29,182 nt of DNA from an uncultured bacterium (lineage in GTDB: Bacteria; Ratteibacteria; UBA8468; B48-G9; JAFGKM01): positions 1-29,182 of the forward strand of contig CAZRDZ010000001.1 in assembly GCA_964599135.1 (NCBI GenBank), written 5' to 3'. The notes beneath the pieces were generated by a model. It was given only the letters and a program-made list of their open reading frames with translations. It was not told the origin of the DNA and searched no databases. A program made the translations under genes and the position numbers. Positions within the stretch are counted from its first letter, which is position 1, and every line of letters begins with the position of its first letter. Positions 15,605 to 24,826 of the stretch are shown here, piece by piece.

Positions 15605-16362
15605 TATATCTCCCTTTTATACCTGCTATCAAAATCTTCAATTGTTTTTACAAAAAGTTCTTCAAGGGTTTCTGCGTTATACCGGGAAATCAAACCATCA
15701 AGAGTTCCTGTTGCTAAAAGATTTCCTCTGTGAAAAATTGCTATTCTATTGCAAACTCTTTCAACTTCTGAAAGGAAATGACTTGAAAGTAAGATTGTTT
15801 TCCCCTGTTTATTCAATTCAAGTATAAGGTCCCTTGTTTCAAGACATCCAATAGGGTCAAGACCTGTTGTTGGTTCATCAAGTATAAGAATTTTTGGGTC
15901 ATTAAGAAGGGCAGATGCAAGTCCAATTCTTTCAAGCATACCTTTTGAATAATGTTTTAAAGTTAACTTTTTAGCATCAGATAATTTAACAAGATTAAGG
16001 AGATATTCAGTTCTTTCTTTTATCGCCTGTTTATCCATATCAAAAAGTTTCCCATAAAAATAAAGAAGTTCAGGACCTGTAAGATAATCATAGTAATAGG
16101 GGTTTTCAGGTAAAAATCCAATATATTTTTTAACTCTCACATCAAACTGGCTTTCCCCCATTATGCTTATTTCACCATCAGTTGGAAACAAAATGCCGAG
16201 AAGAAGTTTAAGACAGGTTGTTTTACCTGAACCATTGGGCCCAAGAATTCCAAATATTTCTCCTTCCTCAATTTCAAGATTTACTTTATTTAATCCAATA
16301 ACTTTTTTTCCTCTTCCAGGAGTATAAATTTTTGTCAATTCCCTTGTCTCAATAATTGCCAT
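15604..16362 (-). CDS. ABC transporter ATP-binding protein
   Basis: GPNGSGKTT, YSKGM signature, LILDEPTTGLDP, SSH. Start moved to ATG 16362 after GAGGAGG; the longer ORF start at 16422 lies inside the promoter. Confidence 0.92.
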   Translation of the reverse strand: MAIIETRELTKIYTPGRGKKVIGLNKVNLEIEEGEIFGILGPNGSGKTTCLKLLLGILFPTDGEISIMGESQFDVRVKKYIGFLPENPYYYDYLTGPELLYFYGKLFDMDKQAIKERTEYLLNLVKLSDAKKLTLKHYSKGMLERIGLASALLNDPKILILDEPTTGLDPIGCLETRDLILELNKQGKTILLSSHFLSEVERVCNRIAIFHRGNLLATGTLDGLISRYNAETLEELFVKTIEDFDSRYKREI

Positions 16363-16413
16363 AAAAACCTCCTCACTTAATTTTTTCCCCGAAGATTCTC
16401 TTTTAATAGAATT

Positions 16414-16442
16414 ATCATACATTGAACAAAAAGAAGTGTCAA
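16414..16442 (-). promoter_or_regulatory. Sigma70-type promoter for the ABC trio and gmk
   Basis: Minus strand TTGACA (16442-16437), 17 nt spacer, TATGAT (16419-16414). Confidence 0.7.
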
Positions 16443-16461
16443 AAAAATGTACAGGGTAAAT

Positions 16462-16475
16462 CCAAACCGGTTTGG
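16462..16475. promoter_or_regulatory. Perfect 14-bp palindrome CCAAACCGGTTTGG (candidate operator)
   Basis: Exact palindrome in a 59-nt intergenic gap, about 20 nt upstream of the -35 at 16442. Confidence 0.45.
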
Positions 16476-16481
16476 TCTTTT

Positions 16482-17804
16482 TTAAAATTCTATACTTTTA
16501 AACTGGGGTAAATAATCCCTGTTTTTTTCAAACATCTCCTTGACCATTTTCTTTATTTCTCTCAGTGAAAGAACACTTGCAGAAAGAGGGTCATAACAAG
16601 CAGCATGATAAACCAATTCGGCATTTCCTGTTAGAGCACCTTCAACTGCCATCTCTTCTACTGCAATATTGACATTATTTAAAGCAGCACATTGAGGAGG
16701 AAGTGGACCAACATGTAAAGGTTTAAAATCCCCTTTTGAAACACAAACAGGAACTTCAACACATGCCCGGTAAGGAAGATTTGGAATAATGTTTTCGTTT
16801 GGAACATTTCCATTAAAAATATATGGCTCTCCTCCCATATAAGCGTTTATTATATAAGCAGCGTATTCTTTCCCTCTTTTTAAATCAACTGGTTCTTTAA
16901 GCCAATTTTTAATAGCATCTTTCCATGTATCTTCTCTTTTTAAATATTCATTAAGGATGTAAGCATACTCTCCTGGATTCCAACCAGTTCCATGTTTGCA
17001 ATATTTTTCAATTAGATCTGGTCTTTTTCTGAACCACCAGTTATATTCTGAATTGTGGCCGCTTGATTCAGTTACATAATAACCAAGTGCAAGAAACATT
17101 TCGTTTCTAACTATTTCTTCTTTATATATCTCTTCATTCTCAGTTATTGCTTTTCTTATGAGTGGATATGCATCTTTTCCATTCTTTTTAAATTCAATAT
17201 ACCATGCCTGATGATTTATTCCTGCACAGGTATATGTTATTTCTTCAGGTTTTGCTCCTATCCATCTGGTAAGCATTTCGGCTGTCCCCTGAACACTGTG
17301 ACATAGACCAGTAACTTTAACCGAAGTTGCTTTCTGCATTGCTCTGCACAACATAGCCATAGGGTTGGTATAATTTAGAAGAATCGCATCAGGACATAAA
17401 TTTTCAATATCTCTGCAGATATCTAACATAACAGGTATGGTTCTTAATGCTCTAAAAATTCCTGCAATTCCCCTTGTGTCTCCAACACAAAAATCAACAC
17501 CATACTTTTTTGGTATTTCAACATCATACCTCCATATATTAACCCCCCCTGCAAGAATGGTACATAAAACAGCATCAGCCCCTTTTAATGCTTTCTTTCT
17601 ATCCATTGTAACTTCAATTTTTGCAGGATACTTTCCTTCTTCAATAATCTTTTCCACAGCAATTTTTGAAAATTTAAGTCGTTCCTCGTCTATATCCATT
17701 AAAGATATTGTAGAATCCCTTAAAAGGGGAAAAGAAAGTATATCTCTCACAAGTGCTCTTGTGAATCCAAAACTACCTGCTCCTATAAAAGCAATTTTTG
17801 CCAT
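16482..17804 (-). CDS. Glycoside hydrolase family 4, alpha-galactosidase (MelA-like)
   Basis: [56 protein letters not shown]. Confidence 0.9.
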   Translation of the reverse strand: MAKIAFIGAGSFGFTRALVRDILSFPLLRDSTISLMDIDEERLKFSKIAVEKIIEEGKYPAKIEVTMDRKKALKGADAVLCTILAGGVNIWRYDVEIPKKYGVDFCVGDTRGIAGIFRALRTIPVMLDICRDIENLCPDAILLNYTNPMAMLCRAMQKATSVKVTGLCHSVQGTAEMLTRWIGAKPEEITYTCAGINHQAWYIEFKKNGKDAYPLIRKAITENEEIYKEEIVRNEMFLALGYYVTESSGHNSEYNWWFRKRPDLIEKYCKHGTGWNPGEYAYILNEYLKREDTWKDAIKNWLKEPVDLKRGKEYAAYIINAYMGGEPYIFNGNVPNENIIPNLPYRACVEVPVCVSKGDFKPLHVGPLPPQCAALNNVNIAVEEMAVEGALTGNAELVYHAACYDPLSASVLSLREIKKMVKEMFEKNRDYLPQFKSIEF

Positions 17805-17842
17805 TTTTTCTCCTTTTTGTAATTGATTCTTAAATAAGAAGA

Positions 17843-17871
17843 GTTTTAATATATTTTATATAATTTGTCAA
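17843..17871 (-). promoter_or_regulatory. Possible promoter for the GH4 gene embedded in the 3' end of the upstream gene
   Basis: TTGACA (17871-17866), 17 nt spacer, TAAAAC (17848-17843). The -10 lacks the conserved final T. Confidence 0.35.
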
Positions 17872-18625
17872 AAAGAAATGAGAGATAAATCCCTTTTTTA
17901 CCAAAAAATTCAATATCTTTCTTTAATTTTCTGTAAATTGAGTTTAATTTTTTCTTTAATTCTTCAGTATTTCCTTCTTTATCCTCAATATCATCCCTTA
18001 TCTGAAAAGCGATACCAAAGTTTTTAGCAATTTTTTCAAGAAGTTTCTTTTTCTCTTTTCTTATTTTTTTGAAAAAACAGGGACCTGAAAAGCAAACCTC
18101 AAAAAGTTTTCCTGTTTTTTTCTCATCTATCTCTTTTTTTGTTTTTTTATCAATCTTTCTGTTTTTATAAATCATATCAAGAACCTGTCCACCTGCCATT
18201 CCTTCTGAACCAATCGCATCTGCAACAAATTTTATAAGTGGGACACAATCAGTTTCTGAAATAAGTTTAAATCCAAGAGCAATAAGAGCATCTCCAGCAA
18301 GAATTGCAATATCTTCTCCAAATTTCTTATGGCAGGTTAATTTCCCTCTTCTGTAATCATCATTATCCATTGCTGGAAGGTCATCATGAATTAAAGAGAA
18401 ATTATGAATAAGTTCTATTCCACAGGCAAATGGCATCAATTTTTTCTTATCAATCCCCAGAATCTCCCCAACAAGCAAAATTATTAAAGGTCTCAATCTT
18501 TTCCCCCCTGAAAAAACAGAATATCTCATTGCCTTATGTAAAATGGGTGGAAAACTTTTTTCAGAAGGTAAGTATTTATCAAGATATTTTTCAATTTCTT
18601 TTCTCAAATTTTCTATTTTAGTCAT
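17846..18625 (-). CDS. ispA: Short-chain polyprenyl diphosphate synthase (IspA-like)
   Basis: [23 protein letters not shown] (FARM), [18 protein letters not shown] (SARM). Confidence 0.88.
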   Translation of the reverse strand: MTKIENLRKEIEKYLDKYLPSEKSFPPILHKAMRYSVFSGGKRLRPLIILLVGEILGIDKKKLMPFACGIELIHNFSLIHDDLPAMDNDDYRRGKLTCHKKFGEDIAILAGDALIALGFKLISETDCVPLIKFVADAIGSEGMAGGQVLDMIYKNRKIDKKTKKEIDEKKTGKLFEVCFSGPCFFKKIRKEKKKLLEKIAKNFGIAFQIRDDIEDKEGNTEELKKKLNSIYRKLKKDIEFFGKKGIYLSFLFDKLYKIY

Positions 18626-19712
18626 TTTTATAAACCTTTACCATCCTCTTACTTCCAAAACCACATAAAATTTCTTGAGGGACTGTATTACCTATTTTTG
18701 CCATATTTTCAATTTCAAAATTACTTCCGAATATCTGTATTTTATCCCCTATTTTTACATCTTTTCCGCTTACATCAATAAGTGTCTGGTCCATACATAT
18801 ATTACCTATTATTTTAACCTTTTCCTCTTTCCATTTAAGAGAGAACTTATTTGAAAGAAACCTTTTCAGTCCATCTCCATAACCAATTCCGAGAGTTGCT
18901 ATTTTGGTTCTCTTTTTTGTTTTGTAAGTAATTCCATAACTTAAATATTTATCTGCTGGTAATTCTTTCAGGAATAAAATTCTGCAAAAACCACTTAAAG
19001 CACAATCAAGTTTTAACTTTTTTGAAAGGTATTTTTCAGGATAAACTCCAAGAGTCAAAAGTCCAATTCTTACCATATCAAAATTTTTATATGTTTCAGG
19101 AATATTTAATATTGAAGCAGAATTTGCTATATGTTTTAATGGAACTTTTTTTATTTTATTTATTTCTTCAAGGACTTTATAAAAAGTTCCTATCTGATAT
19201 TTTGCATACTCTTTATTTCTCCATTCAGCCGTTGCAAGATGTGTAAAAATTCCTTTGACAAAAATACCTTTTTCTTCAACAACTTTTTTAAAAAAATCTA
19301 CTGCTTCTTCTACTTTTACCCCAATTCTTCCCATTCCTGTGTCTACTTTTATATGAACAGTTGCTTTTTTTCCCCGTTTTTTTGTTATCTGTCTTATTTT
19401 TCTGAATATTTCCTCTCCAGAAAGAGTAATTTCAACGCCTCTCATAACAAGTTCATCAACATCAGAAGGTAAGACAGGACCAAGAACAAGAATTGGCTTC
19501 TTGACTTTTTTTTCTTTAAGTTGTATTGCTTCAGAAGGTGTTGCAACTCCAAAATAATCAACAACATCTTCAATCTTTTTTGAAAGAAATTCAGCCCCCA
19601 TTCCATAAAAATCACTTTTAACAGTTGCCATAAATTTTCTTCCTGTGAAATTTTTCATCTTTATTATATTTTTTCTTATCTTTCCAATATCAACTTCAAT
19701 CCATCTTTCCAT
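18618..19712 (-). CDS. alr: Alanine racemase family PLP enzyme
   Basis: VKSDFYG (PLP Lys), HIKVDTGMGRIG, HIANSA, SYGITY, IGYGDG, ICMDQ. Confidence 0.9.
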   Translation of the reverse strand: MERWIEVDIGKIRKNIIKMKNFTGRKFMATVKSDFYGMGAEFLSKKIEDVVDYFGVATPSEAIQLKEKKVKKPILVLGPVLPSDVDELVMRGVEITLSGEEIFRKIRQITKKRGKKATVHIKVDTGMGRIGVKVEEAVDFFKKVVEEKGIFVKGIFTHLATAEWRNKEYAKYQIGTFYKVLEEINKIKKVPLKHIANSASILNIPETYKNFDMVRIGLLTLGVYPEKYLSKKLKLDCALSGFCRILFLKELPADKYLSYGITYKTKKRTKIATLGIGYGDGLKRFLSNKFSLKWKEEKVKIIGNICMDQTLIDVSGKDVKIGDKIQIFGSNFEIENMAKIGNTVPQEILCGFGSKRMVKVYKND

Positions 19713-20373
19713 TTTTCATCTCCTTAGTTAAATTTTTTACTATATTTTCAGGATTTTTACTTTCATAAATAGGTCTCCCCACAACAAGAAAATCAGCCCC
19801 CATTTTTACTGCATCAGAAGGAGTTATAACTCTTTTCTGGTCATCTTTTATTTTTTCTATTCTTATACCTGGAACTATAAGATAAAAAGGATATTTTCTT
19901 AAAAATGAAAGTTCCTGTCCAGAACAAACAATCCCATCAAGTCCCCATTTAAAGCCACTTTCAGCAAGAGCAGAAACCATTTTTTTAACATCGGGAAACC
20001 CAAATTCTTCACCACTGAATGATGTAAGAACAGTTATCCCAACTATTTTTGTATTTTTATTTACTTTATTCCTTATTTCAATTGCTTCTTTTACCATTCT
20101 CTCACCACCAAGAATATGGAGAGATAACATATCAATCCCCAGTTTACAACAATTCTCAACAGAACCTTTTACAGTATTTGGGATATCAAAAAATTTAAAA
20201 TCTAAGAATATTTTTTTATTTAGTTTTTTCAATTTTTCAATCAAATTAAAACCAAATTTCAAAAAAGGAACTGGCCCAACTTTATACCAGTTTATATAAT
20301 TTTCTGTTTTTTCTATCACTTCATCCATCTTTTCTTCTTCAGTTATATCAAGAGATATTATTAACTCTGCCAT
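19696..20373 (-). CDS. pyrF: Orotidine-5'-phosphate decarboxylase
   Basis: WYKVG, FLDFKFFDIPNTV, ITVLTS, DGIVCS, IVPGIR, DDQKRVITP, VVGRPI. Confidence 0.95.
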   Translation of the reverse strand: MAELIISLDITEEEKMDEVIEKTENYINWYKVGPVPFLKFGFNLIEKLKKLNKKIFLDFKFFDIPNTVKGSVENCCKLGIDMLSLHILGGERMVKEAIEIRNKVNKNTKIVGITVLTSFSGEEFGFPDVKKMVSALAESGFKWGLDGIVCSGQELSFLRKYPFYLIVPGIRIEKIKDDQKRVITPSDAVKMGADFLVVGRPIYESKNPENIVKNLTKEMKNGKMD

Positions 20374-21436
20374 TTTTTCTCCCTGTCAATTCAAGTATTC
20401 CAACTATTGATAGAATTATTATAACCTGTATTAAAACAACTATACATCCCCATATATTTAAATTTTTCATCAAAATGGCACCAAGACCTGTGCAAAAAGT
20501 AAGCAAATAAATAAATATCACTGCCTGTTTTTTACTCATACCGAGATTAACAAGTCGGTGAGAAAGATGATTTTTATCTGCTTTAAAAATTGGCAATTTT
20601 CTCTTTTTCCTTATCCAGATAACAGAGAGAGTATCAAAAAATGGGACAGCAAAAACAGCAAGAGGAGCGAAAAAAGGAAGGAATGTCTCTGAAACATTAT
20701 ACTTATAAAAGGTTATAACAATTGTAATTGTCCCTAAGAAAAAACCAAGAAAACTGCTTCCACATTCACCCATAAAAATTTTTGCAGGTGGGAAATTGTA
20801 AATAAGGAAACCAGCAACAGCACCAAGAAAAACAGAAAGTAAAGTTGCTACAAAGAGTTGTCTCATCTGAAAAGAAAAAATAAAGAGTATAAAACCAGAA
20901 ATTAAAGCAACACCAGAACTCAATCCATCCATATTATCTAAAAGGTTGAAACTATTCATCATAAAGACAATCCATCCAGTTGTTATTATGAATGAAATAA
21001 GAGGATTATGAAGAAATAGTGAAATCCTTATACCTGAAAAAAAAAGAACAATTGATACAAAAATTTGTAAAAAAAGTTTTGTGAATGGTTTAAGATGATA
21101 AGCATCATCAAAAACACCGAATATAACAACAAGAAAACCAATTGATAAAATTAAAAAGAGATTATGAAGGGAACTAATAATACCAGATGAATGAATTTTA
21201 AGTTGAGGGAAAACAATATCCATTTTTACAAAGATAACTCCTGCAGAAACAGTTAAGAGAATTGAAAAAAATATGCCAAGACCACCTAAAAGTGGAGTTG
21301 GAACTCTGTGAACTTTTCTTGGAGAAGGTATATCAATTACATTAAATTTTCTGGCAATCTTACCAGAAACAGGAGTGAGAATAACTGCTAAAATAAAACT
21401 TGAAAAAAACCCAAGAAAGTAAACTATATTCCACAT
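20348..21436 (-). CDS. UDP-GlcNAc:undecaprenyl-phosphate GlcNAc-1-P transferase (MraY/WecA/TagO family)
   Basis: D.P..RKVH..PTPLLGG, GVFDD, NSFNLLDNMDGL, NFPPAKIFMGECGS, DKNHLSHRL; multi-TM. Confidence 0.9.
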   Translation of the reverse strand: MWNIVYFLGFFSSFILAVILTPVSGKIARKFNVIDIPSPRKVHRVPTPLLGGLGIFFSILLTVSAGVIFVKMDIVFPQLKIHSSGIISSLHNLFLILSIGFLVVIFGVFDDAYHLKPFTKLFLQIFVSIVLFFSGIRISLFLHNPLISFIITTGWIVFMMNSFNLLDNMDGLSSGVALISGFILFIFSFQMRQLFVATLLSVFLGAVAGFLIYNFPPAKIFMGECGSSFLGFFLGTITIVITFYKYNVSETFLPFFAPLAVFAVPFFDTLSVIWIRKKRKLPIFKADKNHLSHRLVNLGMSKKQAVIFIYLLTFCTGLGAILMKNLNIWGCIVVLIQVIIILSIVGILELTGRKNGRVNNIS

Positions 21437-21443
21437 AAAATAA

Positions 21444-21471
21444 ATTATAAAAGAAAAAGAAAGGAATTCAA
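21444..21471 (-). promoter_or_regulatory. Sigma70-type promoter immediately upstream of the WecA-like ATG
   Basis: TTGAAT (21471-21466), 16 nt spacer, TATAAT (21449-21444); 7 nt to ATG 21436. Confidence 0.55.
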
Positions 21472-21483
21472 AATTTAACTTTG

Positions 21484-22842
21484 TTAAGAACCAGTGCTTT
21501 TTACTATTTTTAAAATTGCAGAATATATTTTTCTTTCTGTATCTTTACTTACTTTACTTGCCATTGGTAATGTCTCATAACTTGTATTTATCCCTATCGC
21601 CTCTGAAAGGTTTACATCTTCTATTTCTTTTATTTTCAAATTTTTCTCAAACTGTTTAAACGCCTTTTCTGTAGGTATATAACCAGTTTTATAATTTGCA
21701 TTTTGTGCAATTATAGTGTTTTTTACTCCAGATAATTTTTTAATTTTTATACCTATTTCTGCAAAAATTTCTCCTGGAAGTCCAACTATAATTGTATCTT
21801 TTCCTATTTTTAAACCATTTATGCTAACTTTAATATTTTTGTTTTTTCTTTTTTCTTTATATATCCCAACAATTCCAGAAGCAATCATATATTTAAGAGA
21901 ATTTCTTTTCTCTTCTTCTAAAATTTTTTCTGCTTCTTTATATTCCTCTTCAGTTACTTTTCTGTAATTGAACTTTAAAGGAATATAGAATGGATTTATA
22001 TTTTTAACATCTCTTTCTTTACAATTTATTTTTTCCTTTATTTTCTCTTTAATTTTACCTGCTATTTTTTTACCTATATTTTCACTTCTTGTTTTATAAT
22101 CAAATGGATTTATATGATTTATATCTCCAGAAGGACCATTTAAAACAATAACAAAAATATCTCCAAATTCTTTTCTTAACCCATCTCGTAAAAATCCAGG
22201 CCAGTCAGAAGAAATTAAATTATCACCGAGAGTATCAGGATGAAGAGCAAAGTTGACAATCAATCCCTTTAACTTCCCTTTTTTATCTGTTATTTTTAAA
22301 AAAATAAGAGTGTTATCAACAGGTCCTGCTGGTTTTACTATGTTTTCAATCTGATTAAATGGATTTGTTATAACTTGCCCATCTTTCATAAAATATCTTC
22401 TGTTAAAAGAAATCCCATCAACTTTGCTTTTACCGACTGCTATCTTCACTTTCTGCCTTCTATTTAAAGCAATTTTTACACTTGAAGCAATATAAAAAGG
22501 TAAAACTTCCAGATAACTTCTCTCAATATAAAACCCTTTTGTGTAAATTGAACCTTCATCTAAAACAGGACCTGTATGAGTATGAGTGGCGTGAATTAAA
22601 ACATTCTCTTTTTTTATTTTATTTTCTTTCCAGAGAATTTCTTTTATTTTTTCTGCTATATTTTCAGAAATATAGATTAAATCACAGGAAACAATAACAA
22701 AAATATTTTCCCCATCGTCAAAGACAACACAACTGGCATAAAGGTCATCCCTTACATCTACACTTCTTCTATCCTGAAAATAACCACAAAGAGAGGAACC
22801 AACAGGTGGTGTTATAACAAATTTCCCAGAGCCAGCTTCCAT
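21484..22842 (-). CDS. Neutral/alkaline ceramidase-like metallohydrolase (unknown substrate)
   Basis: ITPPVG...GY, DDLYA, ATHTHTGP, NFALHP, S.DWPG, GPSGDIN, PGEIF, GYIPT. Confidence 0.75.
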   Translation of the reverse strand: MEAGSGKFVITPPVGSSLCGYFQDRRSVDVRDDLYASCVVFDDGENIFVIVSCDLIYISENIAEKIKEILWKENKIKKENVLIHATHTHTGPVLDEGSIYTKGFYIERSYLEVLPFYIASSVKIALNRRQKVKIAVGKSKVDGISFNRRYFMKDGQVITNPFNQIENIVKPAGPVDNTLIFLKITDKKGKLKGLIVNFALHPDTLGDNLISSDWPGFLRDGLRKEFGDIFVIVLNGPSGDINHINPFDYKTRSENIGKKIAGKIKEKIKEKINCKERDVKNINPFYIPLKFNYRKVTEEEYKEAEKILEEEKRNSLKYMIASGIVGIYKEKRKNKNIKVSINGLKIGKDTIIVGLPGEIFAEIGIKIKKLSGVKNTIIAQNANYKTGYIPTEKAFKQFEKNLKIKEIEDVNLSEAIGINTSYETLPMASKVSKDTERKIYSAILKIVKSTGS

Positions 22843-22851
22843 CTTATCCCT

Positions 22852-23769
22852 TTAAAATTTTTCTACTTCTGAAAGTTTAACAACTCTTTTTTCTCTTTCA
22901 CTCAAAAGGGCTGCTTCTATAAATTTCATAATCTCAAGTGTCTCTTCTTTTGAAACAGGAGGGATTCCTGTTTTAAAAAATTTTATTATTTCTTTCAAAA
23001 GTTGAGAATAAAGAGGAATATCTTTTGAATACAAAACTTGATAAACCTTTTCTTCTCCAAAAACAGTTGCTCCATATTCATGCGTTCCTTTCCTTATCCC
23101 TCTCATCGTCCCAATTCTTCCATCTTTCCACTTTCCAGAGACAAAATGAAAGTCATCTGTTTTCTCACAAAAAACTTCTTCACAGCCAGTTCCCATAAAT
23201 GTATAAAGAATTTCAACTCCATGAATTCCATACCAGTAAAGACCTGGATTTGTTGGTTCAAGAGAAGCAGGAGAAAAAGAATCACATCCGAAAACATTAT
23301 TTTTTATTTCTTCTTTTACTTTCTGAATATTGTAATCAAATCTCAGAGAAGATGAGGAAAAAACAGGACAATTATACTGCTCTGAAAGTTTAAAAATTTC
23401 ATCTGCTTCTTTATAACTTGCTGTCATTGGTTTATCAATAAAGAGCGGTTTTTTTGCTTCTATAACTGGTTTTGCTTCTTTCAAATGTCTTCTTCCATCA
23501 ACACTTTCAAGCAAAACAGCATCAACTTTTTTTATTAATTCTTCAATTGAATCAACCAGTTCAATTCCCCAATTTTCAGTTAATTCTTTCTTAAATCCAT
23601 CAACTCTTGAATAACTTGCTTCAACATCAGGACTGAAAGATGGAAAACCACAAGTTATTTTTCCTCCTTCAACATGATACTTTTCATTTTCATCATTTAA
23701 AAGTTTTGTAAAAGCAGTAACATGAGAAGTATCAAACCCGATTATCCCAATTTTCAATTCATTTTCCAT
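22852..23769 (-). CDS. Gfo/Idh/MocA-like oxidoreductase
   Basis: IGIIGFDTSH, LESVDGRRH, FIDKP, SSSLRF, WYGIHGVE. Confidence 0.8.
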   Translation of the reverse strand: MENELKIGIIGFDTSHVTAFTKLLNDENEKYHVEGGKITCGFPSFSPDVEASYSRVDGFKKELTENWGIELVDSIEELIKKVDAVLLESVDGRRHLKEAKPVIEAKKPLFIDKPMTASYKEADEIFKLSEQYNCPVFSSSSLRFDYNIQKVKEEIKNNVFGCDSFSPASLEPTNPGLYWYGIHGVEILYTFMGTGCEEVFCEKTDDFHFVSGKWKDGRIGTMRGIRKGTHEYGATVFGEEKVYQVLYSKDIPLYSQLLKEIIKFFKTGIPPVSKEETLEIMKFIEAALLSEREKRVVKLSEVEKF

Positions 23770-24826
23770 TTTCTCCCCCCATTTTAATAATTTCCTTAAT
23801 TAGAAGTTTAATAATTTCATTTTCTTTATAAGTCCCTATTATAACACCTTTCCTGAAGAGAACAAATTTTTTCTTTCCTCCTGCTATTCCTATATCTGCC
23901 TGTTTTGCTTCCCCGGGTCCATTTACACTGCAACCCATAACTGCAATTTTTAGATTATTGATAGAAGGATATTTTTTACTCAATTTTTTAACTTCTTTTT
24001 CTACCTTTTTTAAAACATCCATAAGGTTTACCTGAATTCTCCCACAGGTTGGGCAGGATATGATTTCAGGGAAAAATCTCCTTATTCCAATGGATTGCAA
24101 AATTGATTGAGCAACTTTTATTTCTTTCCAGGAACTTTCAGTTAACGAAACTCGTATTGTATCACCAATCCCTTCACTTAAAAGAATACCAATACCAAGA
24201 ATTGATTTACTTTCTGCCAGATATCCTCTACCTGCTTCAGTAATTCCAAGATGTAATGGATATTCAAATTTTTTTGAGAGAACTCTGTAAATTTCAAGAG
24301 TTTCTTTTACAAAAGGGGTTTTAGCAGAAATGACAATATCTGTAAAATCATTGTCCTGAAAAAATTTTATACTTTCTTCTGCTTCCTCAATTATACTTTC
24401 AGAAAGTGTTTTCTTCTTAATTTTTATTGAACCAGAGTTTATACCTATTCTTATCGGGATTTTTTTTTCTTTTGCTTTTTTTATAATTTCTTTTAAATCA
24501 TTTTTTTTCATATTTCCAGGATTAATTCTTATCTTATCAGCCCCTTTTTCAATTGATAAAAGAGCAAGTTTTTTATCATAATGAATATCACATACTATAG
24601 GGACATTTATCTCTTTTTTTAATATTTTTATTGAATTAGTGTCTTCTTTATTCAGAATTGCTACTCTTATAATTTCTGCTCCTTCTTTTTCCAGTTTCCG
24701 ACACTCTCTTAAAAGGACGGGAATGTTGGAAGTGGCACATTTTGTCATTCCCTGGATTAGAACAGGACTATCTCCACCGATATAAACATTGCCTATTTTA
24801 ATCTTTTTTGTTTTTCTTCTTTTCAC
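23759..24826 (-). CDS. ispG: (E)-4-hydroxy-3-methylbut-2-enyl diphosphate synthase (flavodoxin)
   Basis: DIHYD, RINPGN, RIGINSGS, PLHLGITEAG, GIGDTIRVSLT, CPTCGR, GCSVNGPGE (4Fe-4S Cys); GTG start overlaps the rseP stop. Confidence 0.96.
   Translation of the reverse strand: MKRRKTKKIKIGNVYIGGDSPVLIQGMTKCATSNIPVLLRECRKLEKEGAEIIRVAILNKEDTNSIKILKKEINVPIVCDIHYDKKLALLSIEKGADKIRINPGNMKKNDLKEIIKKAKEKKIPIRIGINSGSIKIKKKTLSESIIEEAEESIKFFQDNDFTDIVISAKTPFVKETLEIYRVLSKKFEYPLHLGITEAGRGYLAESKSILGIGILLSEGIGDTIRVSLTESSWKEIKVAQSILQSIGIRRFFPEIISCPTCGRIQVNLMDVLKKVEKEVKKLSKKYPSINNLKIAVMGCSVNGPGEAKQADIGIAGGKKKFVLFRKGVIIGTYKENEIIKLLIKEIIKMGGENGK

Noticed and set aside
16363-16422. 20-aa N-terminal extension of the ABC ATPase
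   Set aside because: Its ATG lies in the promoter spacer, upstream of the -10; ATG 16362 has a strong SD.
17650-17658. Isolated TTTTCCACA boxes at 17650 and 26851
   Set aside because: Single copies within coding sequence, compatible with chance in AT-rich DNA; no clustering.
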